DNA of 36,726 nt, taken from the IMG/VR virus record IMGVR_UViG_3300045988_058662, one strand, 5' to 3'. The notes under the pieces are model-generated. The model saw nothing but the letters and a program-made list of their open reading frames with translations, did not search any database and had not been told where the DNA came from. The stretch is from a virus. This document shows, piece after piece, positions 16,931 to 25,802 of this stretch. The position numbers and the translations under genes were made by a program. Position 1 is the first letter of the stretch. The number at the start of each line of letters is the position of its first letter.

Positions 16931-18117
16931 CAGCTCGCCTTCATCTTCAGGCGGCTGAACGCCTCGCCTACTACTGGTGCGCCGTCGCCATAGTACTCGA
17001 CAACGTAGCCTATCTCGTTGTTGACGGCGTACAGTTCGTTCAAAACTTGTATGTAGAGGCCGTCGCTGTCGCATACCCAATAGCCGGTCTTAAAGTCGCC
17101 GTATACTGCCACGTACTTGCTCGCGGCTACGGCGTTAGGCGCGTACTCGGACATATACACGGGAGCGCCCAGCAGCATATCAGGCTGTCCTGCCTGCACG
17201 GATGGCTGCCATATATACTGGCCGTCGCTGTCCTTGAGTTTTGCGATTATCTTGCAGAGGTCGCGGTGCATTACCCAGGAGGCCCCGCGCATATACTGGC
17301 CCTTCACGCCGTATTTGCACTCTATCAGGTCGTCGGTGGCCACGGCGGTGGCGGAAGCGGCGGTAACATCGCGCCCGGTGGCTATGCCGCTGTCAGAGGC
17401 GGTAAAGATGCCCAAAGGCTGGTTAGTGCCCGTTCCGCTCATAAAGGCATTTTCCTGCGCCGCCTCGATCTTGTACAATATGCGGTCAAGCACGGTCTGA
17501 TCAGGGCTGGGCGCGTGGCGCATGAGGGTCTTGGATATCTTAATCAGTTTGGCAAGGCGCTGGGGCTTAAATTCGCGGCGGCCGAAGGCAATGGTCGCCT
17601 CTTCGGGGGCTGCCGCCACCTCGGTTGTCCATGCCACATCAGACGCATCGGTAGTCAGGCTGGGATACCCAAGGCTCTGTGCCTGACCTATGGGGCCCAC
17701 AACGTTGCATATCTGGCGCATAAACATGTCATTTTTGAGCCCGGCTATGAGCTGGTTGACAAACTCCACGGGCGCGGTCAGATAACCGGCGGTAGCGTTT
17801 GTGCCAAGGGTCATAGTTGTGTTTTTGTATCTGGTTATGGACTCAGGATCGCCCTGCAGTGCGCGGGCAAATACTTTAATGTGCTCGTCCTTCTTGTCGT
17901 CCAGCTTGTCGATCACTTCACCGGCGGCGCGTTCCCGCTCGAGCTGCTTCTGCTCACGGATTATGTTGGCGTTGAGCGCGTCAAACTCCCTTTCGAGCCG
18001 GTTATAGGTCTCGGTGGATTCCGCGTCCATCACGCCGTCTTCAAATTTGTTCATTATCTCGCGCATCTGGGTTGCGATATTTGCGCGATCCTGCATCATT
18101 TCGTAGAGCTTTTTCAT
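16930..18117 (-). CDS. Major capsid protein, HK97 family
   Basis: 395 aa with an N-terminal coiled-coil delta domain followed by an HK97-like body. It is preceded by the protease and portal genes. Confidence 0.9.
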   Translation of the reverse strand: MKKLYEMMQDRANIATQMREIMNKFEDGVMDAESTETYNRLEREFDALNANIIREQKQLERERAAGEVIDKLDDKKDEHIKVFARALQGDPESITRYKNTTMTLGTNATAGYLTAPVEFVNQLIAGLKNDMFMRQICNVVGPIGQAQSLGYPSLTTDASDVAWTTEVAAAPEEATIAFGRREFKPQRLAKLIKISKTLMRHAPSPDQTVLDRILYKIEAAQENAFMSGTGTNQPLGIFTASDSGIATGRDVTAASATAVATDDLIECKYGVKGQYMRGASWVMHRDLCKIIAKLKDSDGQYIWQPSVQAGQPDMLLGAPVYMSEYAPNAVAASKYVAVYGDFKTGYWVCDSDGLYIQVLNELYAVNNEIGYVVEYYGDGAPVVGEAFSRLKMKAS

Positions 18118-18124
18118 CGGTTCC

Positions 18125-18853
18125 TTATACCTCCAAAATTTTTAGTTTTGTCGCTCTGAATCTCTTGCGCTGCTCCTGCAGCGCGGTGTTTATATCTGCT
18201 GCGGGCTGGATTGCTCCCCCGTTGTCAGGTTCCCTGGTTTCCGGCGTTTCCTTCGGCGCGTGCTTGTACAGAACAAACCACTTTTCGGTATCCGCGCAAG
18301 CCGCGGCCTTTTTGTTTTCGATGAGTTCATCGACAAAGCCCATATCAAGCGCTTCAGTGCCGCTCATCCACGTTTCTGCTGTCATAAGGGCGGATATCTC
18401 GTCCTTCTCCTTGCCGGTGCGGGCGGCGTATATGTCCGCTATCTGGTTGTTGATACGGTCGAGCTCGTCGGCGGTCCTGCGTAAGTCCTCCGCCCCGCCG
18501 CTGGCGTATGTCCATGCATTATGTATCATCAACGTGGCGTTTTCGGGCATTTTGATTGTATCGCCCGCCATGGCAACCACCGAAGCGGCGGAGGCGGCGA
18601 GGCCGTCTATATGCACGTTTTTTGCCGCCGGGTGGCGGTTGAGGATGTTGTACAGGCTAAATCCCGCAAAAATGTCCCCGCCGGGGCTGTTGATATACAC
18701 ATCAAGGGTGGATATGTCCCCCAGTGCCGCCAGTTCTCTTTGGAATTGCGCAGGGGTTATTTCATCGCCCCACCATGACGTATCGCTGATCTCTCCGTAC
18801 AAAAAAAGCTCACCGGCATTGCCGAGAGCCTTAAACTCCCAAAATTTATTCAT
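18125..18853 (-). CDS. ClpP-like (S14) prohead protease
   Basis: YINSPGGDIFAGFSLYNIL...HIDGLAASAASVVAMAGD. Confidence 0.9.
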   Translation of the reverse strand: MNKFWEFKALGNAGELFLYGEISDTSWWGDEITPAQFQRELAALGDISTLDVYINSPGGDIFAGFSLYNILNRHPAAKNVHIDGLAASAASVVAMAGDTIKMPENATLMIHNAWTYASGGAEDLRRTADELDRINNQIADIYAARTGKEKDEISALMTAETWMSGTEALDMGFVDELIENKKAAACADTEKWFVLYKHAPKETPETREPDNGGAIQPAADINTALQEQRKRFRATKLKILEV

Positions 18854-20108
18854 CTTTCAAGGGTGCTCCTTTCGCTTGTGCGCTTTTTGGCATATTGTGC
18901 TTTGCGTTTTCCAACGGCAGCATGTTGCCGTTGATAAAGTATATCTTTCCCAGCCCGTTGGGTATGGGGTTCATATCCTCGAGCTCCCGTATGTCGTCCG
19001 CGTTCATCACACCATTCTGCCGCATTGTGTTGTAATAGCTCGTTCGGGTGGCGGTATCGCCGCGTAGCAGACTGTTTGTATTAAACTTAAAATAATACTT
19101 CGCCTGCTCCGCTTCGCTTAGAAGGTCGCGGAAAAGCGCCTGCTCTATACGCACGGATAAAGGATTTATGCAATCCCGGACGAATTCGGCGCTCTGCTGC
19201 TCAATATTTGAAAAAGTGGCTTTTTCCAGATCCATGCACATGTGCGGGGGTACGCCGAAAATGCGGCATATCTCGGTTACAGCCCATTTGCGGCTATCAA
19301 GGAGCTGTGTCTTTGACATGTCCCTGTCCCACGGCTGCGCCGTGGAGCCGTTCTCCAGGAACATCCATTTCCCGGCGTTCTCTACGCCGCCGTAGTTACT
19401 CTGGAAGTCCTTCTTGAAGCGCTCGTATGCCGTATCAGAGAGCTGCCCCGGATAGGTTATGTAGCCGCCGGGGGAAGTGCCGGAAAAGCCCCTTTGCGCG
19501 TATTGTGTCATGCTGTTATTCAGTCCCAGCACGCTTGCGGCTATGGTCATCGGGTCTTCCGGCGTACGGTCGCCAAATCTAAAACCGGGGATAAAGACAA
19601 AATCGCCCTCCCGGAGCGTTTCTGTTGTGCCGTCATAGGTGACGTATATATACTGTTCTCCGTTTTCCCGGTTGGTGTGTACTTCCGAGCAACAGGAGGT
19701 GGGCAGATTTTTGAGGTATCGCACAAAGCCGTATCTGTCCCGCACTATACGGAGATACCCGCCGCGAGTGAGCAGCATGTTTGCCACAAGCATCTGCATA
19801 AGCTCATACGCCGTGGTGGTGCGGTTGGGTAGCACATACAACAGCTTATATAGGGGATGATCCCGCGCTTTTTGTTTGCCCTCCCCGGCATTTTTGTACA
19901 TGTGCAGGGGCAGCGCCGCCATTGTCTTGCTTATCAGGTCGACGCACCGGAATACCGCCGCGACCTGCAGCGCCCCCTCTGCGCTTATGGCGTAACCCTG
20001 CCCTGCAAGGTACATCTGCCATGCGCTATCATCGGATACAGAGGGCAGCGGTTTCACGTTTGCCGCCCGTATCTCGTATGTTTTGCCAAAAAGTTTAAAT
20101 TTCTTCAC
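18846..20108 (-). CDS. Portal protein (HK97 / Phage_portal family)
   Basis: 420 aa, positioned between TerL and the protease. Sequence pattern is typical of portals. Confidence 0.9.
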   Translation of the reverse strand: MKKFKLFGKTYEIRAANVKPLPSVSDDSAWQMYLAGQGYAISAEGALQVAAVFRCVDLISKTMAALPLHMYKNAGEGKQKARDHPLYKLLYVLPNRTTTAYELMQMLVANMLLTRGGYLRIVRDRYGFVRYLKNLPTSCCSEVHTNRENGEQYIYVTYDGTTETLREGDFVFIPGFRFGDRTPEDPMTIAASVLGLNNSMTQYAQRGFSGTSPGGYITYPGQLSDTAYERFKKDFQSNYGGVENAGKWMFLENGSTAQPWDRDMSKTQLLDSRKWAVTEICRIFGVPPHMCMDLEKATFSNIEQQSAEFVRDCINPLSVRIEQALFRDLLSEAEQAKYYFKFNTNSLLRGDTATRTSYYNTMRQNGVMNADDIRELEDMNPIPNGLGKIYFINGNMLPLENAKHNMPKSAQAKGAPLKDE

Positions 20109-20116
20109 TGTTTACC

Positions 20117-21670
20117 TCACACTATTCTCAGGCCGCGGTGCTCGTATACGCTGCGCTTGGGTTCCAGTTTTACCGCCGCCGCCATCGCGTCTATCAGGGC
20201 GCACATCGGGTCTATCCGCTCTATGCTCCTGTTTTTCATGGGTTTTATGTTCTCGTTCCCGTCTTGGGCTACCACCACGTTGCCAAAGGCCCAGCGCCCG
20301 CAGGGGTTCCTCTCGTGCGTCATTTCGCCTTCGCGCAGGAGCCGCTCAAGCTCTTTCATTGCGGGGGACATGCCGCTCATGGTCTGGGGTATGGTGATTA
20401 TCTTCTGCGCCGCAACCTCCTGCTGCATGAGGGGGCGCAGGGAATCTATGCGCCACTCGTCCGCCGCAATATATTTGACGTCATAGTCCAGCATGAGCTT
20501 GTCCAGATAGTTGGCGATATAGGCGTAGTCCACACAGTTGCCGGGGGTCGCGTGCATATGCCCCGCCTGCACCCATTTGCTAAAAGGCACATGATCCCGG
20601 TGCTCCCGTTCCCGCATGTTTTCCTCCGGTATCCACGCGTCCACAAAAAAGCGCCACTCCGTTTCCTCCGGCGGCGGTGGGAAAAGGGCCGCCACGGCGG
20701 TCAGGTCGGTAGTGCTGGATAGGTCTATTCCCACATAGCAGGGCCGTCCCAGCATGTCGGATTTATGCCAGTCCCCGGCGGTATCGTCCCACAGAGTGAC
20801 GGGCAGCCAGCCGGTGCGCTTGAGGGATATCCACTGGTTGAGCCGGAGCCAGCGGAAGAGTTTCTCTGCCGCAGGGCTGTTCCGGGCTTTTATCGCCTCG
20901 CTGCGCACATTTTCGATTTTGATTGATACCCCCAGTGAGGGATTAGCCTTGTACCAGTTAGTCTCGTCATATATGTCCGCGTCCTCGGGGACGGTGTAAA
21001 TTTTGGCGTAAAATGCCGGGTCTGTCAGTTCTCCGCTCAATACTTTTGTTGCTATCTCGTGCTGCTCCCAGCCCACGCTCTTGCGGTCGGGGTCATCGCC
21101 CGCCGTTGTGATGCACCATATGAGCTGCTCCTCACGCGCCGCGCCGGTGCCAAAAGTCAACACATCCCACAAGTCCCGCTTGGGGTGAGCGTGCAGTTCG
21201 TCCACTATGACCACAGAGGGGTTAAGGCCGTGTTTTGTCGCCGCCTCTGCCGAGAGCACCTTAAAGCGGCTGTGTGTGCGGAGATTAAGCATCTCCTTTG
21301 TGCTGTCCCGGATTTTGATTATCTTGGACAGCACTTTGCTTTGCTCTACCATGCTCTTCGCGGCGTTAAAGGCTATCGACGCCTGATTTCTGTCCGCCGC
21401 GCCGCAGTATATCTCGCCGCCCGGCGCGTCCATGACCAGATGGTATAGGCTCAATGCTGCTATCAGTTCCGTCTTGCCGTTTTTCTTTGCGATCTCCAGA
21501 TATGCCATGCGGTATTGCCGCACACCCTCGGCGGTCACGGTGCCGTATACGGAGTTTATGACCTCTATCTGCCATGGCAAAAGCACAAAGGGTTTGCCGT
21601 AAAAATCGCCGGTATGTTTAAGGGCCTGTACAAACTCGATAACTTCGAGGGCCTTGTTCGCGTTAATCAC
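20117..21670 (-). CDS. terL: Terminase large subunit (Terminase_1-like)
   Basis: 517 aa. PFVLLPWQ, the Walker-like block LEIAKKNGKTEL, VIVDELH and a C-terminal nuclease region. Confidence 0.92.
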   Translation of the reverse strand: MINANKALEVIEFVQALKHTGDFYGKPFVLLPWQIEVINSVYGTVTAEGVRQYRMAYLEIAKKNGKTELIAALSLYHLVMDAPGGEIYCGAADRNQASIAFNAAKSMVEQSKVLSKIIKIRDSTKEMLNLRTHSRFKVLSAEAATKHGLNPSVVIVDELHAHPKRDLWDVLTFGTGAAREEQLIWCITTAGDDPDRKSVGWEQHEIATKVLSGELTDPAFYAKIYTVPEDADIYDETNWYKANPSLGVSIKIENVRSEAIKARNSPAAEKLFRWLRLNQWISLKRTGWLPVTLWDDTAGDWHKSDMLGRPCYVGIDLSSTTDLTAVAALFPPPPEETEWRFFVDAWIPEENMREREHRDHVPFSKWVQAGHMHATPGNCVDYAYIANYLDKLMLDYDVKYIAADEWRIDSLRPLMQQEVAAQKIITIPQTMSGMSPAMKELERLLREGEMTHERNPCGRWAFGNVVVAQDGNENIKPMKNRSIERIDPMCALIDAMAAAVKLEPKRSVYEHRGLRIV

Positions 21671-22157
21671 CGTACTTGCTCAGATATGCGGCCATCGGGT
21701 CGCTTTCTGCGGCCTTTTTGGCTGCCGCCACTCCCATCCGGGCACGGCCTACCGGCGACAAGCACAGTTGCTCGGCGTATTTTATGATACTCTGCCCTTC
21801 CCGGCGCATGATAGCAATATATGGGTTTTCGGTCGGCCTGCCGTCTGCTGCCCTGTATATAAGCGGGCCGATTTGATACTCCGCCTCGGCCTTTTGGTAT
21901 ATCGCCACGCTCTCGCAGTAGGCTGTAAGGGCGGATATGTCCAGATCGTTAATTATTGGGGTATCGAGTTGACGGTAAAGCTTTATCACCCTTTTCCACT
22001 CCTTTTTGGCCCCCGGTGACAGCCCTTTCGGTGGTTTCAGCTTGTCGGAGCAGCCGGTAGGTTCGCCATTCTCCCGGTTTTCCATCGTGTCTTTGGTGTG
22101 CCGGTTTTTGCCGTTATCGACGAGCTTTAACGGCCTCGGCTTTCTCCCTGTCGGCAT
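21663..22157 (-). CDS. terS: Terminase small subunit, P27 family
   Basis: Trimmed to the ATG at 22157 (RBS AAAGGAGGAG). LSPGAKKEWKRVIKLY...DISALTAYCESVAIY fits the P27 family pattern. Confidence 0.85.
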   Translation of the reverse strand: MPTGRKPRPLKLVDNGKNRHTKDTMENRENGEPTGCSDKLKPPKGLSPGAKKEWKRVIKLYRQLDTPIINDLDISALTAYCESVAIYQKAEAEYQIGPLIYRAADGRPTENPYIAIMRREGQSIIKYAEQLCLSPVGRARMGVAAAKKAAESDPMAAYLSKYGD

Positions 22158-22171
22158 AGGCTCCTCCTTTC

Positions 22172-22594
22172 TCAAATTCTGTATTTGCCTATGATTTTTT
22201 TGTGTCCTTTGACGCTGTTGCAATGTATGCAGGCGGGCTGGTGATTGGCGGTATCCCAAAAGCGCGGGTCGCCCGGCCCGTCAGGCGGGTCTATGTGATC
22301 CACGCACTGCGCAACCACGGCGCAGCCGTCATCCAACCGCAGGGCGCAGAGCTGATGTTCCGGGGCCGACAAATACCAGCGGGAGTATTTGCTCCATCGG
22401 GTATCATATCCGCGCTGCCGGGAGCTGCCCCGCCGCTCGTCCTGATCCCGGGTCTGCTCCTGCCGTCTTATTTCATCCGCCGCTCGGTGCTCGTCGCAGT
22501 ATCTTCCAGCAGTAAGCGCGTTGCAGCCGGGATACCGGCAAAAGTGTAGTGCGCGGTTTGCCACGGTGCCGCTCATCTCCCCCAAAATACTCAA
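22172..22594 (-). CDS. HNH endonuclease associated with the terminase
   Basis: CxxC...C..H at the N-terminus, then VDHIDP...NHQPACIHCNSVKG. The start is uncertain: TTG at 22594 or ATG at 22576. Confidence 0.85.
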   Translation of the reverse strand: MSILGEMSGTVANRALHFCRYPGCNALTAGRYCDEHRAADEIRRQEQTRDQDERRGSSRQRGYDTRWSKYSRWYLSAPEHQLCALRLDDGCAVVAQCVDHIDPPDGPGDPRFWDTANHQPACIHCNSVKGHKKIIGKYRI

Positions 22595-22626
22595 GGGCCG
22601 CTCATTGCAGCCCTTTTGATGGTATC

Positions 22627-22660
22627 AATATAGCACATTTAGAGTGTTGGAAAGTGTTGA
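22627..22660 (-). promoter_or_regulatory. Candidate late promoter: tandem CAACACT boxes upstream of an extended -10 (TGCTATATT)
   Basis: Minus strand reads TCAACACTTTCCAACACTCTAAATGTGCTATATTG. There is no TTGACA-like -35. It lies between the late-regulator gene and the HNH/terminase genes. Confidence 0.35.
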
Positions 22661-22667
22661 CTTTATT

Positions 22668-23165
22668 TTATACCGCTATTCTGCCTATCAGCCTGTCTAC
22701 CCCCTGTCTCTCAAGGGTCTTCGCCCAATCAATCGAGACGTGCATTTGCTGCGCTATCCGCTCCCAATATCCCCCTTTTGCCACTCCGTATTTAACGTAC
22801 CGCAGTCTTATTGCCTCATATTCCAGCGGCGGCAAGCACATCACTTCAAATTCTATCATTCCCACCCAATGGTCGAGATTTCGCAATTCGTCTTCCAGCC
22901 GTTTTTTCTTCTTTCGCAGTCTTTTTAATTCCCGCGAAGCTTTTATCACCGTGGCCGGAGTGCTGTCCGGCAGCTCGGTACCGCGCGGCAGGCCCGTAAT
23001 CTGCTGCGGGTGAAGGTCGTATTGCGCTTCGATCTCCTCGTCAACGCTAATTAACAACCGCTCTTTTTCCGTCCTCGTGCGCTCTGCATTACCCCAATAC
23101 ATCAGCAGTCGCCGCACGGCTGCCCGCTCGTCTCGCCTTTCCCGCGTTGCTTTTTTTGGATTCAA
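22668..23165 (-). CDS. Late-gene transcriptional activator (ArpU/RinA-like, sigma region-4-like C-terminal HTH)
   Basis: 165 aa with a TTG start and RBS AGGAGG. LPPLEYEAIRLRYV...YWERIAQQMHVSIDWAKTLERQGVDRL fits the pattern. The position immediately upstream of the packaging genes is typical. Confidence 0.6.
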   Translation of the reverse strand: MNPKKATRERRDERAAVRRLLMYWGNAERTRTEKERLLISVDEEIEAQYDLHPQQITGLPRGTELPDSTPATVIKASRELKRLRKKKKRLEDELRNLDHWVGMIEFEVMCLPPLEYEAIRLRYVKYGVAKGGYWERIAQQMHVSIDWAKTLERQGVDRLIGRIAV

Positions 23166-23483
23166 TTTTTCGCCTCCTTTTTGGATTAAAAACCGTCGTT
23201 TTTGATGTAATTTTACAAATCTTTTCGGTGACCAATTTGCCGCCGCCGTTTATTTGTAGTTTTGTTGTTTTTGGGCGCCCCATTGCTGTTCATTTTCGGA
23301 GCTTCTCAAAAATCGAAAAATTTTTCTTCCGATGGGCCGCCCCGGTACCGCGGAGGGTTGATTTAGCTTTTTGATACCCCCCTCCCCTCTATTTCGACCT
23401 GTTTCCTCCGGCACAGGTTTGCCGTGTTCCCCCACCGGCGGAGCTGCCCCCGAACCCTCCAGCGCTTTCCCCTATCGTTCATT

Positions 23484-23828
23484 TCAACACTTCTTTCCGT
23501 GCTTGTATGGTCTGCCCTTGTTGTAGAGCATTTTCTCCCGTACAATGCCGTCCACATCCAGTCCCTCATGCCCGAACCAATCCAGTATGCGGATAAGGCA
23601 GTCCGCCATCTCGACGGCTATCCCCTCGGGCTTGCCGCCCACGCCGGGGTAAACCATGCCACGGCCGGCGCGGTATTCCTCCACCGCCTCCGACAGCTCG
23701 CTATGGCAAAGGGCAGCGATCTCCAGCAGGTTGCGAGGCTCATCCCACCAGCCATGAGCAACGGCGTTTTCGTGTATTTCCTTCGCCAGCTTGTACAGCG
23801 GCTCTTCGTTGTTATGGATCGCTATCAT
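23484..23828 (-). CDS. MazG-like nucleoside triphosphate pyrophosphohydrolase (first of two)
   Basis: Trimmed to the ATG at 23828 (RBS GGGAGGGAG). HSELSEAVEEYR...EMADCLIRILDW...KMLYNKGRPYKHG. Confidence 0.75.
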   Translation of the reverse strand: MIAIHNNEEPLYKLAKEIHENAVAHGWWDEPRNLLEIAALCHSELSEAVEEYRAGRGMVYPGVGGKPEGIAVEMADCLIRILDWFGHEGLDVDGIVREKMLYNKGRPYKHGKKC

Positions 23829-24055
23829 TTTTCTCCCTCCCATATCAGTGGCCTTCCTTCTGCGTCTACCATTACGCACACGCCGCCTTGGTATACTTTT
23901 AGGTATTGTATCCCCGTGAGGTTATCGACATATATCGTATACAATGCACCCGTTTCCAGCGTTCGCAGTCTGTAAGTACCAGCTTCGGCCTTTCCACACC
24001 CGCACAGGGCGAGGGCCAGCAGGGTTAATATTGCTATTGCTATTATTCGTTTCAT
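23825..24055 (-). CDS. Small lipoprotein
   Basis: Trimmed to the ATG at 24055, which overlaps the upstream stop. Signal peptide MKRIIAIAILTLLALALCGCGK has a lipobox-like LALCGC. Confidence 0.7.
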   Translation of the reverse strand: MKRIIAIAILTLLALALCGCGKAEAGTYRLRTLETGALYTIYVDNLTGIQYLKVYQGGVCVMVDAEGRPLIWEGEK

Positions 24056-24297
24056 TTTTCTTCCTTCGGCGGTTCTGGTAAATATGCCCAATGGGTTATG
24101 TGCTCATGTGATATTCCGCCCCATGGGTATTTCCAGCGGCAAACCGTTTTGCCGCGAACATCGGTCTGTTCATAGTAGCGGAATCGTGTTCTGCGCACAC
24201 CGCCGTCAGATACGACCACGAGTACACCGACACGCTCGCAGATTTCCCTCGTCAAATGCACATCTGGCAAACAATCCTCAATCGCGTGCCATTCCAT
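24052..24297 (-). CDS. DUF551-like protein (first of three)
   Basis: N-terminal W..I.D.LP and C-terminal THWAYLPEPPKEE. Confidence 0.75.
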   Translation of the reverse strand: MEWHAIEDCLPDVHLTREICERVGVLVVVSDGGVRRTRFRYYEQTDVRGKTVCRWKYPWGGISHEHITHWAYLPEPPKEEK

Positions 24298-24300
24298 TCG

Positions 24301-24456
24301 CTATTCCTCCTTATCCATCTCGACCTCATCTACACACTGTACAGTACCAATCTTATAGCACCCGCATGACGGGCAATGATACACGCCCATTCGCCAAATT
24401 ATGTGCAACACGCCGGTTCTGCCGCAGTCTTCGCATGGATACGTTATTCTTTTCAC
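24301..24456 (-). CDS. Zinc-ribbon small protein
   Basis: GTG start at 24456 with RBS AGGAAGGAGGAAGC. Two CxxC pairs (CEDCG...CPSCG). Confidence 0.55.
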   Translation of the reverse strand: MKRITYPCEDCGRTGVLHIIWRMGVYHCPSCGCYKIGTVQCVDEVEMDKEE

Positions 24457-24749
24457 GCTTCCTCCTTCCTTTCGCCGCGACCACAAAAATGCTGTTTTTG
24501 TACGCTTACCGGAAATACATCATTATCCACGATACAAAGTTCATATTCTGCGTTATCCGCTGTCGCCGAGATACAGTACCGGCAATCTATACATCTCACC
24601 ACCTCCACTACATCGGTGGCGGGTTCTTTGTCGATAAATGCTATCCAATCACAATCGCTCGGTTCGCACGGTTCTTCACTGCATACCTCGTTGCAATGCC
24701 CACATACAAACTGCTTTGCTCTGTTTTTAGTTATATATTCTTTTGTCAT
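24453..24749 (-). CDS. Cys-rich hypothetical protein (98 aa)
   Basis: The ORF is overlap-coupled to its neighbours and has multiple CxxC motifs. Confidence 0.6.
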   Translation of the reverse strand: MTKEYITKNRAKQFVCGHCNEVCSEEPCEPSDCDWIAFIDKEPATDVVEVVRCIDCRYCISATADNAEYELCIVDNDVFPVSVQKQHFCGRGERKEEA

Positions 24750-24943
24750 ACTTCTTCCAATGCCTTTTCAGCTTCTTCACGGACTGCAACCATGTCAACA
24801 TACTCTTGCGGGTTATGCGCTTTTACATGTGGGTCGCTAAATTTTTTAGCACTCTCAAGCAGTGCTTCTATAATTATGTCTTTATTTGTATTGCAGTCGC
24901 ACCTGGCAAAGCAATAATATTTGTCGCCGATTTTTACAGGCAT
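24746..24943 (-). CDS. Hypothetical protein (65 aa)
   Basis: The ORF is overlap-coupled on both sides. Confidence 0.55.
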   Translation of the reverse strand: MPVKIGDKYYCFARCDCNTNKDIIIEALLESAKKFSDPHVKAHNPQEYVDMVAVREEAEKALEEV

Positions 24944-25266
24944 TATTCTTCCTCCTTCGGGGGTTCTGGCAACGGCATCCAGTGAGTTACTTTATCAGCA
25001 ATGTCCACCACAGCATAGTCATTCCAATTGTAAATCCGTTCGTACCAACCAGCGTTTACATAGTAATCATCATGTTCTTCGCAATATTCGTCACAGCATT
25101 CATAATCCCAATTAAAGCACGATTCTCTACGCAGTATTCCCTCAGGTACATAAAACGCAATACAGCAATATGAATATGTATGATCGCTTCTGCCCGTTGT
25201 TTGGCACAACAGCAAAACTTCTTTTTCTGCTTCCGGCAATCTATCCCTCACGCTTATCCAGTTCAT
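24943..25266 (-). CDS. DUF551-like protein (second of three)
   Basis: MNWISVRDRLPE...THWMPLPEPPKEEE. Confidence 0.75.
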   Translation of the reverse strand: MNWISVRDRLPEAEKEVLLLCQTTGRSDHTYSYCCIAFYVPEGILRRESCFNWDYECCDEYCEEHDDYYVNAGWYERIYNWNDYAVVDIADKVTHWMPLPEPPKEEE

Positions 25267-25529
25267 CAGTTACCTCCTTCGGGGGGCTCCGGCATGGGCA
25301 TCCACGCAATAACAGGATTACCTCTAAACCATAGTCCGCCAAACTTTTCTATGGGATATAAAAGCCCCAGCATGTCAATGTCAGTGTCGCCGGCATCGTA
25401 GTAATACCACCATTCCGGCAATAATTGTCTCATGCGTATCTCGCCGCGAAAAATCTGTCCATCTTGCAGCAGGATAATCACCGGTTCCTTTTCTTCTGGT
25501 AGTCTGTCTCTCACTTTAATCCAGTTCAT
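25266..25529 (-). CDS. DUF551-like protein (third of three)
   Basis: MNWIKVRDRLPEE...IAWMPMPEPPEGG. Confidence 0.75.
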   Translation of the reverse strand: MNWIKVRDRLPEEKEPVIILLQDGQIFRGEIRMRQLLPEWWYYYDAGDTDIDMLGLLYPIEKFGGLWFRGNPVIAWMPMPEPPEGGN

Positions 25530-25566
25530 CGGCTTCCTCCTTATCCATTTTTGCCCCGCAGTTGGG

Positions 25567-25802
25567 TCAGTAATTTTCTGCTATGGCTGTTCTCCTTCTG
25601 CACTCTGAACATCTGTATGTTTTTCTAAAAACAGGAATATCGCTGCTGTGTGTAGGTTTCCAATACGAGCTATCAACACTTATCCACCGTCCTTGTACTA
25701 CCTCGGCAAAATCTCTCATGTCTTCATACGGGCAAGCCCCTTCGCCCATGCGTGTCTTACTGCCAATATCGCTTCTTCGCGGCCTATATATTCTTTACTC
25801 AT
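25567..25802 (-). pseudogene. Small gene split by a frame change
   Basis: The ATG at 25802 has RBS GGAGGA and is coupled to the upstream stop. It opens a 28-codon frame (MSKEYIGREEAILAVRHAWAKGLARMKT*). The 60-aa frame 25567..25749 overlaps it, has no RBS, and continues with typical ...VVQGRWI... sequence. The two frames meet near an AAGGGGC run. Confidence 0.4.

Noticed and set aside
16724-17080. 118-aa ORF overlapping the capsid gene 3' end.
   Set aside because: The N-terminal 50 codons lie inside the capsid gene in another frame and are Arg-rich. Only the part starting at the ATG at 16930 is plausible.
9486-20722. Other long plus-strand ORFs: 9486..10457, 10564..11577, 12707..13408, 17047..18159, 18072..19067 and 20138..20722.
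   Set aside because: They lie fully inside well-supported minus-strand structural genes of a GC-rich genome. Their composition is low-complexity or Arg/Cys-rich, and no translation signals are present.
23400-23480. Possible tRNA, from GGTTCG-like strings here and at about 32221.
   Set aside because: No acceptor stem, anticodon arm or T-arm geometry could be drawn around either string.
23089-23569. ORFs 23089..23283, 23147..23374(+), 23250..23435 and 23363..23569 in the gap before the late regulator.
   Set aside because: All are basic or low-complexity, lack RBSs and overlap neighbouring real genes. I treat the region as non-coding.
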